51,369 nucleotides of DNA from Ilumatobacteraceae bacterium (GCA_031370745.1 JANMQX010000093.1:1-51369), one strand, 5' to 3'; shown: positions 16,587-26,451, counted from the first letter of the stretch. Numbers and translations: made by a program. Notes: generated by a model from the letters alone, not told the origin.

Positions 16587-17432
16587 TCAGGTGCGTGTGA
16601 AGAACGCTACGCCGATGGTGCCTCGTCCGGCGTGGGAACCGACGACCGGTCCGATGTCGCCGACAACGATCTCGCCGTCTACGTGAGGGCGCAGCATCTC
16701 GACGAACTGGTCGACGTCGCGGCAGTCGGCCTGCAACACGAACAGACTGTCGAGCCCGTCGACAGCTGCGACCTTCTCGACCAGGAAAGCGAGGGCCTTG
16801 CTGCGAGTGCGCTGCTTGCCACCCTGTTCGACTTTGCCGTCGCGGACCTCGATGATCGGCTTGATCGCCAACGCCGAAGCGAGGAGCGCCTTTGCACCAC
16901 CGATGCGCCCACCTTTCTTGAGGTTGTCGAGCGTGTCGAGCGCGCCCCACACATGTGTTCGCCCGGCGAGGTCGCGAGCATGCGCCGCGACCTCGTCGTG
17001 GTCTGCACCGCTGGAAGCGAGCCGGGCACATGACGCGACGATCGCACCGAGACCCAACGTGACCGATCGACTGTCGATCACCGTCACCGCAATCAGCTCT
17101 GCGACGGATCGTGCAGCGAGCTCGGCCGATTGCATCGTGGCCGACAGAGCTCCGCTCAATGAGATCGTCACCACGCTGGAGGCCCCATCGGCAGCGAGCT
17201 GCCGGTAGGTGTGCTCGAACTGTCCGGGCGCTGGCGCCGCAGTCTCGGGCAGGGTTGGCGACGCCGCGCACTTCGACCAGAACTCCTTGACGGTGAGATC
17301 CTTGCGGTCGACGTACTCGTTGCCGTCGATACGGATGGTCAACGGAACGATCTCGATCGAGAGTTCATCGGCGACCGTCTGGGGGAGGTCGCAGGCCGAG
17401 TCGGTGACGATTCGTACACGGTTTGTGCTCAC
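16587..17432 (-). CDS. DegV family fatty-acid-binding protein
   Basis: VSTNRVRIVTDSACDLPQTVADELSIEIVPLTIRIDGNEYVDRKDLTVKEFWSK...TAAPAPGQF...ISLSGALSATMQSA. GTG 17432 overlaps the upstream stop (GTGA). The track start 17504 lies inside the upstream gene. Confidence 0.88.
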   Translation of the reverse strand: MSTNRVRIVTDSACDLPQTVADELSIEIVPLTIRIDGNEYVDRKDLTVKEFWSKCAASPTLPETAAPAPGQFEHTYRQLAADGASSVVTISLSGALSATMQSAELAARSVAELIAVTVIDSRSVTLGLGAIVASCARLASSGADHDEVAAHARDLAGRTHVWGALDTLDNLKKGGRIGGAKALLASALAIKPIIEVRDGKVEQGGKQRTRSKALAFLVEKVAAVDGLDSLFVLQADCRDVDQFVEMLRPHVDGEIVVGDIGPVVGSHAGRGTIGVAFFTRT

Positions 17433-19438
17433 AAAACAGGCAGGGTAGCTGGTCGGAATTGTCGACGCTTTCGCCATGTCGAGACCATGTGTTGCAACCA
17501 CCACAGCAACACCAATCCGAACAGGGCGATGGTCAACACATTGCCGACCCCCAGCGCCTTGACGCGGAACTTCAGCGGGACGGTGTCGCCGAGGCGGACG
17601 TCGTTCGGTGTGAAGACATCGAGGGACACACCGGATGTGCCGTTCGAGCGCGCGTGAACATTGATCGGGACGTTGACCGGCACACCGGGCGGGAGCAGTA
17701 CGGGTTGAGGATCGTTGTCGAACACGAGCTTGCCCGATGGCGATGTCAACTGCACTTTGATCTGCAGTGGTACGTCGGAGTTGTTGGTGAACCGAACCCG
17801 GACGGTGCTGCTTCTTCCAGGAAGATTGACGGTGTAGGCCGGCGGCAGTTGCACGGCGTTTCGGATCTGGTCGAGCTCGCCACGAATGGTGGAGTCGAGC
17901 GCTGCAGCGTCGGTGTCTGCGAGCGCGCTCGTCGGCAGCAGATTCGCAAGGTCGCGCCAGCCCCCCGGGCGATCGCTGTCGGTGGGAAGCATCGATGCCA
18001 CGGCATCGATGTCGTTGTTGAGAGTTGCCTGTCTGAAGATCCGGTTTGCGACCGCCTGGTCATCGACCGTCGGCAATGTCACCGGCTTTTCTTCTCCGTC
18101 GATCACCAATCGGTCGGTCCGGAACGCGACGTCGTCGAGGGTTGCCGGGGTCAGTCCCCGAGTTTCGGTGATCAACGCTGTGAGAGGCCCGATCACGTTG
18201 GCTTCGGGCACACTGAGATCTGGCATCGCCAGCACAACCGCACGTTGCCGGGGGCTGTCGCCGAGAGTCGCGATGCCTTGACGCAGCGCGAGCAGATTGG
18301 CGACTGCATAGATCCGCGTCAGTTCAGGCGTTGCCAACGGATGAGCGAGAAGGTCCGAGACGATGCGATCCACGACAGCAACATCGAGGGTGGCGTTGTT
18401 GGGCAGTCGTGCCGGCACCAGCTCACCCTTGTAGTCGCTGTACTTGCTGATCGTGCCGGCGAGCGTGTCGTAGACCTGCGGTGTCGTGACCATCAACTCG
18501 GCGCCGAGGTTGTAGCGCAACACTGCACCCGCCGCGCCGATCGGTTTGTCGACGACGATTGTCGAGGGGGTGAGGGTCGAGGGCCCGAGGCCGAGACCGG
18601 CGAGCCGTCCTCGCCCATCGCGCAGCCACGAGGTGTACAGCGAGTTCTGGCCGGCGGATGCGGCCGACGAGGGATCGATCGGCCACTGCGGTTCCACTTC
18701 GACCTTGTGGGTTTGGAGGGAGGCGATCAGTCGGGCGAACAGTGTTGGGTTCAAGATCTGGAGGGCCCCGAGCACCGCCGGAGCGATGCGAACCGTTGCC
18801 GGCATCTTGCTGACGGCAAGCGCATCCAAGGTGTCAGCGAGTGAGGTCATTTCGTCAATAGTCGAAACGTTGTCGACGCTTGTGATGCCTTTGCTGTCGA
18901 GATGTACCGCGCTGTGCGTGCCGACCGCGACCGCCACTGAGAGCGGTTCGTTGTCGACGCCTCCCTCGTCGGCAGCGGGCAGCCGGTTGATGAACGTCAG
19001 CACTGTCGACAGGATCCTGCCGTCGCGCTGCAGGTCGATGGTCACTGGATAGAGGCCGGTGCGCGGGATGCTGAGGGCATCGGCTCGGACCTCCGCCGCT
19101 TCCAGCGGAATCGACAACGTGTACTGGCCGGCCTGTGGTCCGGGACAACACAGTGGCGAGATCACGACCGTGTCGTCGGGGCGAGACAACGCTCCGCTGA
19201 TGATCGGAGCGAGGTCTTCGCGCTTGTTGACTCGCTCGGCGACCGTGATGGCGAACAGGGCCGTCGACAGGTCGGTGTTCTCCAGCCTGGCGGGGATCGC
19301 GATCGTCGCGGTGAGCGAGCCGTCGGCGGCGATGTTGAAGGTCTGTGCAACCACTTGCAGGTCATTTTGCGAAGCGTCGACAGGTGCCGGGAGCAAAGCA
19401 ACGAACGATGTGCTGATGAGCGCGAATGTGGCGAGCAT
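17429..19438 (-). CDS. Large secreted/C-terminally anchored protein, DUF6049-like (position of Rv3909 homologues)
   Basis: Signal-like MLATFALISTSFVALLPAPVDA from ATG 19438. About 640 aa extracytoplasmic, then C-terminal TM LTIALFGLVLLWWL. The family assignment is from memory of the conserved sigM...cca neighbourhood, not a search. Confidence 0.65.
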   Translation of the reverse strand: MLATFALISTSFVALLPAPVDASQNDLQVVAQTFNIAADGSLTATIAIPARLENTDLSTALFAITVAERVNKREDLAPIISGALSRPDDTVVISPLCCPGPQAGQYTLSIPLEAAEVRADALSIPRTGLYPVTIDLQRDGRILSTVLTFINRLPAADEGGVDNEPLSVAVAVGTHSAVHLDSKGITSVDNVSTIDEMTSLADTLDALAVSKMPATVRIAPAVLGALQILNPTLFARLIASLQTHKVEVEPQWPIDPSSAASAGQNSLYTSWLRDGRGRLAGLGLGPSTLTPSTIVVDKPIGAAGAVLRYNLGAELMVTTPQVYDTLAGTISKYSDYKGELVPARLPNNATLDVAVVDRIVSDLLAHPLATPELTRIYAVANLLALRQGIATLGDSPRQRAVVLAMPDLSVPEANVIGPLTALITETRGLTPATLDDVAFRTDRLVIDGEEKPVTLPTVDDQAVANRIFRQATLNNDIDAVASMLPTDSDRPGGWRDLANLLPTSALADTDAAALDSTIRGELDQIRNAVQLPPAYTVNLPGRSSTVRVRFTNNSDVPLQIKVQLTSPSGKLVFDNDPQPVLLPPGVPVNVPINVHARSNGTSGVSLDVFTPNDVRLGDTVPLKFRVKALGVGNVLTIALFGLVLLWWLQHMVSTWRKRRQFRPATLPVL

Positions 19439-19452
19439 TGCCCGGCATCGAG

Positions 19453-20274
19453 TCACTCGATCCGCCGTTCGTAGACGTGCAGGCGATCGCTGAGGTCCGT
19501 GAAGCCGAGACGGTGGTACAGCGAGAGCGCGGCGTCGTTGCCGATGTGGGTGTTGACCAACGCACGCTGCACCCGCCAGCGGGCCATCCATCGCAACGAG
19601 TCAGTGACCAGGCTCACGCCGTGACCTTGATGTTGGTGCGCGGGCGACACCGCGAGTCGTTGGATGTATCCGTTACGGCCGTCACGACCAGAGATGGCGT
19701 ACGAGATCAGCTCGCCGTTCGCGCGAACCGCCCGCGCACGATGCCGAGGAGTCGCGGAGCGGACATCACCGATGCCGACGCGATCGATGCACCACCCCGC
19801 GCCGAACGCAGCCACGTCGACTCGGCTTGCGTCGTGATCGTCGTCGGTCGCCAGCCGGGTGACGCCGGAGCTCTTTGGTGATGTCGTCTTCAGTGAACTG
19901 ACGTTCTTGTTCTCGAGCAGCACGAGGCTCTGGATGGCTTCGAAGCCGAGACGTTCGAATCGCGCGCCGACCTGTGCTCCGACGGCCCCAGTGCGGACGG
20001 TGTCGTACCCAGCGGCGCGCAGCCCGTTGACCCACTCGGTGATGTCGGATGGTGTGGGTAACCGGCTCTGGTTGTACAGCACGAGATGGGCGACGTTCGG
20101 TTCGAATGCCCATGGTCGAACACGAGCGACGACACCGCCGGCGCGAAGGATCTGCGGTGCGCTGGTCAGTGGCTGCATCGCTGGCTTCACGGGTGAAACG
20201 GTAGCGCCGAGCCAGATGCTGCGGGGTAGCTGCAGGGAGGTAGCGTCCAACGGCGTGACCGTGCTGTTCGCCAC
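19453..20274 (-). CDS. GNAT family N-acetyltransferase (two-lobed)
   Basis: C-terminal lobe YIQRLAVSPAHQHQGHGVSLVTDSLRWM...ALSLYHRLGF (acetyl-CoA motif A). Start ambiguous: GTG 20274 (track) overlaps the divergent deacetylase start. ATG 20178 (MQPLTSAPQILRAGG) avoids this. Confidence 0.8.
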   Translation of the reverse strand: MANSTVTPLDATSLQLPRSIWLGATVSPVKPAMQPLTSAPQILRAGGVVARVRPWAFEPNVAHLVLYNQSRLPTPSDITEWVNGLRAAGYDTVRTGAVGAQVGARFERLGFEAIQSLVLLENKNVSSLKTTSPKSSGVTRLATDDDHDASRVDVAAFGAGWCIDRVGIGDVRSATPRHRARAVRANGELISYAISGRDGRNGYIQRLAVSPAHQHQGHGVSLVTDSLRWMARWRVQRALVNTHIGNDAALSLYHRLGFTDLSDRLHVYERRIE

Positions 20275-21292
20275 TCATCCGGTGTACCTCGAACATCTTG
20301 CCGGGCCTCGCCATCCCGAGCGCCCAGAGCGACTTGATGCCGTACTCCAAGGCGTTCGGCAAGCCGACCTGGGCGACGCGATTGCCGTGCTCGAACCGAA
20401 GCCCGCTGCGCGAACCGACCTGGAACGAGTCCATCCGGCCTGGTATCTCGAGCGGATCGAGGCGATCTGTGCGCGCGGCGGGGGTCGGCTCGATTCCGAC
20501 ACATATGCGAGCCCAGCCAGTTTCGAGGCAGCGAGCTTGGCCGCGGGAGCCGGCCTGACTGCAATCGAAGCGTTGCGCGCCGGCGAGGGCGACGCCGCGT
20601 TCTGTGCCGTTCGCCCTCCCGGCCACCATGCCACCGCCATCGAGTCGATGGGGTTCTGCATGATCTCGAATGTCGCGGTCGCGGCCGCGTCGTTGGCCGA
20701 TCAAGGCGAGCGAGTCATGATCTTCGACTATGACGCCCACCACGGCAACGGTACCCAGGCCGTGTTCTACGACGACCCGCGGGTGTTGTTCGTCAGCTGT
20801 CACCAGTGGCCGCTGTACCCGGGTACCGGGCCCGTCGAAGAGACCGGTGCAGGTGCAGGCGCGGGCATGACCCTCAACATCCCGCTGCCGGCAGGTACCA
20901 CAGGCGACATGTACCTCCGTGCATTCGACGAGATCGTGGCCCCGGTCGCACAGCGGTTTGCACCGACGTGGGTCGTCGTCTCTGCAGGGTTCGACGCCCA
21001 CCGCGACGATCCGTTGACCGACATGGGCTTGACTGCCGGTGACTATGGCCCGCTGACCGCCCGCGTGCTTTCGCTGGTGCCGGCCGGCCGTCGGATTGTG
21101 ATGCTCGAAGGAGGCTACGACCTCGATGCCTTGACCAACTGCTCGTCGGAGGTGATGCGCCAACTCGCCGGTGTGTCGAACGGCGGGTCATCGCGGGCAG
21201 CCGGAGATGTCGAGCGTCAGACCTCGGCCGGTCCGGGCTCCAATGCCGTCGATGCCGTAGCACGCCATTGGCAGCAGCAGGGCTGGTTGTGA
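20255..21292 (+). CDS. Histone-deacetylase-family (AcuC/arginase-fold) deacetylase
   Basis: VTVLFATHPVYLEHLAGPRHPERPERL...RPPGHHA...FDYDAHHGNGTQAVFYDDPRVLFVSCHQWPLYPGTG...SAGFDAH. Start taken at GTG 20255. The upstream part of the track ORF (from 19859) is antisense to the GNAT gene. Confidence 0.9.
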   Translation: MTVLFATHPVYLEHLAGPRHPERPERLDAVLQGVRQADLGDAIAVLEPKPAARTDLERVHPAWYLERIEAICARGGGRLDSDTYASPASFEAASLAAGAGLTAIEALRAGEGDAAFCAVRPPGHHATAIESMGFCMISNVAVAAASLADQGERVMIFDYDAHHGNGTQAVFYDDPRVLFVSCHQWPLYPGTGPVEETGAGAGAGMTLNIPLPAGTTGDMYLRAFDEIVAPVAQRFAPTWVVVSAGFDAHRDDPLTDMGLTAGDYGPLTARVLSLVPAGRRIVMLEGGYDLDALTNCSSEVMRQLAGVSNGGSSRAAGDVERQTSAGPGSNAVDAVARHWQQQGWL

Positions 21293-22698
21293 TCCCGGAT
21301 CGGTTTCGGCCGGTCCTCGACGAACTTTCCCCGCTGACAGAGCGGTTCGCGGCTGCGGGTCATCGTCTGTACCTGGTTGGTGGCACCGTCCGCGATCTGC
21401 TGATTGCCGACGATCACGACGATCGCGACTTCGACGCGACCACGCCGGCTCGTCCGCCAGAGATCAAGGCGTGCCTCGCCGGTTGGGCCGACGCGATCTG
21501 GACCCAGGGTGAGAGGTTCGGCACGATCGGCGCCAAGAAGGACGGCCGCACCTACGAGATCACGACGCATCGCGCCGAGGCCTACAACGACGACTCGCGC
21601 AAACCTCATGTGCAGTTCGCCGACGACATCGAGACCGACCTGTCGCGTCGTGATTTCACGATCAACGCGATGGCACTCGAGCTGACCTCGCCGACGCCGA
21701 CTCTCGTCGATCCGTTCGGCGGCGCCGCAGATCTGGCAACGCGGACGTTGAAGACGCCGCTCTCACCGGAGGTGTCGTTCAGCGACGATCCGTTGCGCAT
21801 GCTTCGCGCAGCGCGCTTCATCGCCCGCTACCACTTGCAACCGGTCGATCAACTGACCGCAGCAGTGAGTGCGATGCACACTCGGCTGGAAATCGTTTCG
21901 GCTGAGCGGATTCGTGACGAGCTCGACAAGCTGATCACGGTGCCCCACCCGAGCGCCGGATTGTGGTTCGTGATCGAGACCGGGCTCGCCGACGAGTTCT
22001 TGCCGGAGCTTCCGGCGATGCGGCTCGAGCAGGATCCGATCCATCGTCACAAAGATGTGCTGACGCACACGTTGGCGGTGGTCGAAAACGTTCGCCCCGA
22101 CATGCACGCTGACTTCGACTTTCGGCGCACACGCCTGGCAGCGTTGTTTCACGACGTCGGCAAGCCACAGACGCGCGGGTACCAACAGGGCAAGGGCGTC
22201 ACCTTCCATCATCACGACGCTGTCGGGGCGCGCATGACACGCAAGCGCCTCACCGCGCTGCGCTACTCGCACGATGATGTCGAGTCGATCACCGAACTGG
22301 TCGCGCTGCACCTCCGGTTCCACACCTACCAGATGGGATGGACCGACAGCGCTGTGCGGCGCTACGTGCGCGACGCCGATGGGTTGCTCGCCGAGCTCAA
22401 CGTGCTGACACGATGCGACTGCACCACGCGCAACGAGCGCAAGGCGGCCGTGCTGGCGAAACGAATGGACGAACTGGAAGCACGCATCAGTGAGCTCGCG
22501 GAGCGCGAGGAGCTGGCCTCCATCCGGCCAGAGCTGGATGGACGCCAGGTCATGGAGCACCTCAGAATCGGCCCAGGTCCTCTGGTCGGCACAGCGTTGG
22601 CATTCCTTTTGGAGATTCGCCTCGACGAGGGCATGCTCGGTGACGACGAGATTCGTCGCAGGCTCGATCAGTGGCGGCTTCACTACGAAGGGTGCTGA
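21289..22698 (+). CDS. cca: CCA-adding tRNA nucleotidyltransferase (PcnA-type, HD domain)
   Basis: RLYLVGGTVRDLLI...DRDFDATT...ERFGTIG...EITTHRAE, plus HD domain HRHKDVLTHTLAV...LFHDVGKP. GTG 21289 overlaps the deacetylase stop (GTGA). Confidence 0.92.
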   Translation: MIPDRFRPVLDELSPLTERFAAAGHRLYLVGGTVRDLLIADDHDDRDFDATTPARPPEIKACLAGWADAIWTQGERFGTIGAKKDGRTYEITTHRAEAYNDDSRKPHVQFADDIETDLSRRDFTINAMALELTSPTPTLVDPFGGAADLATRTLKTPLSPEVSFSDDPLRMLRAARFIARYHLQPVDQLTAAVSAMHTRLEIVSAERIRDELDKLITVPHPSAGLWFVIETGLADEFLPELPAMRLEQDPIHRHKDVLTHTLAVVENVRPDMHADFDFRRTRLAALFHDVGKPQTRGYQQGKGVTFHHHDAVGARMTRKRLTALRYSHDDVESITELVALHLRFHTYQMGWTDSAVRRYVRDADGLLAELNVLTRCDCTTRNERKAAVLAKRMDELEARISELAEREELASIRPELDGRQVMEHLRIGPGPLVGTALAFLLEIRLDEGMLGDDEIRRRLDQWRLHYEGC

Positions 22699-22742
22699 TA
22701 CTATCGGGCCACGGAAGCGATCAGCACGTAGTGACGACAGCC

Positions 22743-25700
22743 ATGGACAACAGGGACGAACCGAGTCGACGACTTGACAGATGGGTTGTGCCGTCGCGCG
22801 CTACGGCGGTTCGGTACGGTCTCGTCGGCCTCGCGCTGATCCTCACGACGACGTTCGTGGAGATCGCCGTCCACGGTTTGGATGTCGAATCCTGGGGATC
22901 GATTTCGGGCAGCGCATTGCTACTGGTGCCTGCGTGGGCAGGCATGACGAACCTGGCCAGATATCGATCGGATGGCAGACGGGAGTGGCTGTACCTCGCG
23001 GTCGGTTCATTCGGTTGGGCCTTCGGACAATTGCTGTGGCTCGCCCAGATCACGTTGAACGGCTCGACGACATGGCCGTCGTTCTCCGACGTCGGCTACA
23101 TCGCGTGGCCGATCGCGGCGATCGGTGCGGTGGTGATCCACACCCGGCCGTTCGAGCGCTCGACGCGCGTCGTGTTCATGGTCGATGCGATGGTGCTGGC
23201 CGTTGCCCTCAGCTTCGTCGCGTGGGAACTGATCATTCGTACAGGGGTGGGAGATCCGGCGCGATTCTCCTTGCCGGCTCAGCTGGCGATGCTGATCTAC
23301 CCGCTCACCGACATCGCACTCGCCTCGATGCTCGGCCTGTTGCTGCTGATCGGCCGCTCGCCGGCGCGCGTGGGTCTGTTTGCTGGCGCGGTGTTGTTGA
23401 CCGTCGCCGATATCGCATATTCGGCATCAGTCGGAACGACGACCAACACGTCGTCGTTCGCCATTTCATGGCCGTGTTGGGTGCTCGCGTTCGCCGTGAT
23501 CGCAGTGACCGCCGGGCTGCCGAGTGGGGGAGTCGTGCGCTACAGCCGCCCGACGCTGTCCCGCCTCCTCGTCGTTCACGTGCCAGTGATGGCAGGCGTG
23601 TGGCTGGCGGCGTGGCGGTACATGTTGCACGAAAGCGCGGCGACCACGGTCACGATCGTGATTGGTGCGCTCGCCGGGCTGCTGATCATCATCGAGCAGT
23701 TGGCTACGTGGAACCACTCGACCGCCTTGTCGGATCGGCTCAGCGACAACATCACGAATCTTCGGCACACCGAGGCCGAACTCCGAGCACTGCTCGACGA
23801 CCTTCCTGATTCGGTGATCGAGCTCGATGGGCAAGGACGCATTGTCGAGGCCAACAAGCTGGTACTCGAGATCACAGGCCGCTCGCATTCCGAGGTGTTG
23901 AACAAGTCATTCGCCTCGTTGGTCAAGCCCGCAGATCGAGCCCTGTTGCTCGAGGTGTGGGAGAGGCTGCGGTCCGGATTGCCGGTCAACAGCCCTGTGT
24001 TCCCGTTCGATCACCCCGACGGTCGCGAGATCCTGCTCGAAGCCGATGTCCATGTGCCGATGCGTGATCCAGAACGCGTCGTCGTGACGCTGCGCGACAT
24101 CACCAGCCGCCTGCGCGAGGCGCACGACCTCGACCTGGCGCAAGCGCGATTCCGTGCGGCCTTCCACGGCGCCCCCACCGGGATGGCGTTGTCGAGCGCC
24201 ATCAACGGGACGCTGATCGATGTCAACGAATCACTGGCAACGATGCTCGGCTATACCCGTACCGATCTCGTCGGTCGGGGCATGCAGTCGATCACCCACC
24301 CCGACGATTGGCAGCGTGGTCCGACTCACATCGCCGGCATCGCGGCCGACTCGTACCACATGGAACAGAGATACATCCGCAACGACCAGAGCGTGATGTG
24401 GGCCCGCGCCTGGGTGTCGGTGATGGACGACGGCGACGGGCACAGCTTGGCCATCACTCACATCGAAGACATCACCGAGCAACGCCACAGCGCCGAGCGG
24501 CTCGAGTGGGCAGCCACACACGATGAGTTGACACGTCTGCCCAACAGGTTCCGCTTCCTCGACCAGCTCGCTCGGTTCCTGGAAACCAGCGAACCGGGCG
24601 CCGTCGCGGTGATGTTCATCGATCTCGACAACTTCAAGGTCATCAACGACAGTCTCGGACATGGCGTCGGTGACGAACTGCTGCGCGGCATGAGCGAACG
24701 CCTGCGCGCGGTCGTGCGCGACCGCGACATGCTGAGCCGGTTCGGTGGCGACGAGTTCATCGTCATGCTGTGCGACATCGGCGCCACCGTGTCGCCCGTC
24801 GAGATCGCCGAGCGTCTGCGCGCGGAAATCGCCCTGCCGCTGGTCGTCGACGGTGCAGAACTGTACGTGACAGCCAGCATCGGCATCGCCGTGGCGGACC
24901 GCCCTGGGGTCTCGACAACAGAGCTGCTGCGCGACGCAGATGCCGCGATGTATCGCGCCAAGGCTCGCGGCCGCGACTGTGTCGAGGTGTTCTCACCGGG
25001 CACACACGACGCCACCGTGCTGACGCTGCGCACCACCAACGAATTGCGCAGAGGTTTGGAACGCGGCGAGATCGTGCCGTACTACCAGCCCATCGTGCAG
25101 CTCGATTCCGGCCACCTCGTCGGCTTCGAGGTCCTGGCCCGTTGGCGACACCCTGATCGCGGCCTGCTGGGGCCTGATCAGTTCCTGCCGATGGCCGAAG
25201 AGACCGGGTTGATCGGCGAGGTCGGCGCGGCTGTGCTTCGCTCGTCGCTGTCGCAACTCGGTCAATGGCGAATCCGCCTGCCTCGCTTTGCCGATCTCAC
25301 CGTCTCGGTCAATGTCAGCGGACGTCAGCTGATGAGTTCGGTCTTCCATGGCATGGTTGCCGAGGCGCTGGCCGAGAGCGGCCTCACCGCTGACGCGCTG
25401 TGGCTGGAGATCACCGAATCGGCATTGATGAGCGACGTCAAAGCTGCCACGGTGGCGCTACGCGAGTTGCGCAACCTCGGCCTGCACCTCGCTGTCGACG
25501 ATTTCGGCACGGGCTACTCGTCGCTGACCTACCTGAAGCGGTTCCCTGTCGAGGCCATCAAGGTCGACCGGTCATTCGTCAGCGGCCTTGGTATAGATCC
25601 CGAAGACACAACGATCGTCGAGGCAGTCGTCAAGCTCGGCCATTCGCTCGGTTTGCTTGTCGTTGCCGAAGGGGTGGAGACGCCATTGCAGCTGGCGCGG

Positions 25701-25793
25701 CTGCGCGAGATCTGTTGCGACCACGGTCAGGGATACGTCTTTGGGCGGCCTCGACCCGCCGAGCTGGTGGAGTCGGAATACGCGCTCGCCTGA
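22743..25793 (+). CDS. Polytopic-membrane PAS-PAS-GGDEF-EAL protein
   Basis: About 330-aa N-terminal multi-TM region and two PAS-like segments. GGDEF has RDRD-MLSRF-GGDEF (I-site plus active site). EAL has EVLARW, VNVSGRQL, LEITES, DDFGTGYSSL, KVDRSF, EGVET and QGYVF. ATG 22743 chosen. Confidence 0.93.
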   Translation: MDNRDEPSRRLDRWVVPSRATAVRYGLVGLALILTTTFVEIAVHGLDVESWGSISGSALLLVPAWAGMTNLARYRSDGRREWLYLAVGSFGWAFGQLLWLAQITLNGSTTWPSFSDVGYIAWPIAAIGAVVIHTRPFERSTRVVFMVDAMVLAVALSFVAWELIIRTGVGDPARFSLPAQLAMLIYPLTDIALASMLGLLLLIGRSPARVGLFAGAVLLTVADIAYSASVGTTTNTSSFAISWPCWVLAFAVIAVTAGLPSGGVVRYSRPTLSRLLVVHVPVMAGVWLAAWRYMLHESAATTVTIVIGALAGLLIIIEQLATWNHSTALSDRLSDNITNLRHTEAELRALLDDLPDSVIELDGQGRIVEANKLVLEITGRSHSEVLNKSFASLVKPADRALLLEVWERLRSGLPVNSPVFPFDHPDGREILLEADVHVPMRDPERVVVTLRDITSRLREAHDLDLAQARFRAAFHGAPTGMALSSAINGTLIDVNESLATMLGYTRTDLVGRGMQSITHPDDWQRGPTHIAGIAADSYHMEQRYIRNDQSVMWARAWVSVMDDGDGHSLAITHIEDITEQRHSAERLEWAATHDELTRLPNRFRFLDQLARFLETSEPGAVAVMFIDLDNFKVINDSLGHGVGDELLRGMSERLRAVVRDRDMLSRFGGDEFIVMLCDIGATVSPVEIAERLRAEIALPLVVDGAELYVTASIGIAVADRPGVSTTELLRDADAAMYRAKARGRDCVEVFSPGTHDATVLTLRTTNELRRGLERGEIVPYYQPIVQLDSGHLVGFEVLARWRHPDRGLLGPDQFLPMAEETGLIGEVGAAVLRSSLSQLGQWRIRLPRFADLTVSVNVSGRQLMSSVFHGMVAEALAESGLTADALWLEITESALMSDVKAATVALRELRNLGLHLAVDDFGTGYSSLTYLKRFPVEAIKVDRSFVSGLGIDPEDTTIVEAVVKLGHSLGLLVVAEGVETPLQLARLREICCDHGQGYVFGRPRPAELVESEYALA

Positions 25794-25802
25794 CGTGCTC
25801 GG

Positions 25803-26387
25803 CTAGTTGCCCTGCTTACGGGCCCGTAGTACGAGCACCGACGGGGCGATCGCGTCGCGCACGTGGCGGGTGTTCAACTCGTAGACGGCGTCGAAGTGGA
25901 AGTTGGTGCGCTCGAAGGCCATGTACAACTCGCCGAACGTGACGCCGTCGGAACCGTATGGTCGGCGTGCCGTTGGGTCGCCACCGTCGAACATCGCCGC
26001 GACCGGGTGGTGCATGGCCGCGACGAACGGGCCGCCGGACTTGAGGACCCGATGCACCTGGCGCAGTAGACGCGGCAGATCGTCGATGCTGGCAAGGGAA
26101 TGCGAGGCGATGACGAGGTCAATCGAGCCGCTGATGGCCAAGCCGAGATCGGCCAGCTCGCCGCGGTGGCATTCGACCTTCACCTCGGCGGCTTCGGCTG
26201 CGGCACGCACCCGGGCGATCTTGTCGGCGGATGGGTCGATTGCTATGGCCTTGGCCCCGGCAGCGGCCATCGTGATGGCGTTCGAGGTCGAGGCGATGCC
26301 CAATTCGAGAACCCGCTTGCCGAGGATGTCACCGCACAGCCGGAGCTCGCTGTCGTCGGCGACGTTGTCGCCGTACCAGATGCTCAT
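25803..26387 (-). CDS. Class I SAM-dependent methyltransferase
   Basis: MSIWYGDNVADDSELRLCGDILGKRVLELGIASTSNAITMAAAGAKAIAIDPS (motif I)...VLKSGGPFV. The track extension to 26528 is Arg-rich and overlaps the divergent gene. Confidence 0.85.
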   Translation of the reverse strand: MSIWYGDNVADDSELRLCGDILGKRVLELGIASTSNAITMAAAGAKAIAIDPSADKIARVRAAAEAAEVKVECHRGELADLGLAISGSIDLVIASHSLASIDDLPRLLRQVHRVLKSGGPFVAAMHHPVAAMFDGGDPTARRPYGSDGVTFGELYMAFERTNFHFDAVYELNTRHVRDAIAPSVLVLRARKQGN

Positions 26388-26451
26388 AACCAACAGTGTG
26401 CCCGGTGACGTTGCGGCGTTGGCGGATGCGCAACTCGCTAGCCTTGCGGGA

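Noticed and set aside
17423-18844. 473-aa ORF antisense to the DUF6049-like gene
   Set aside because: It has no recognisable motifs and is Arg/Asp/Gly-rich. The opposite strand encodes a protein with signal peptide, C-terminal anchor and operon coupling.
20099-20107. GGTTCGAAT, a tRNA T-loop-like motif
   Set aside because: It lies inside the GNAT CDS with no flanking acceptor, D or anticodon stems. I saw no tRNA-like cloverleaf anywhere in the window.
19766-21163. 465-aa ORF antisense to the deacetylase gene
   Set aside because: The deacetylase frame carries unmistakable HDAC motifs (DAHHGNGTQ etc.). The antisense product is Arg/His/Pro-rich low complexity.
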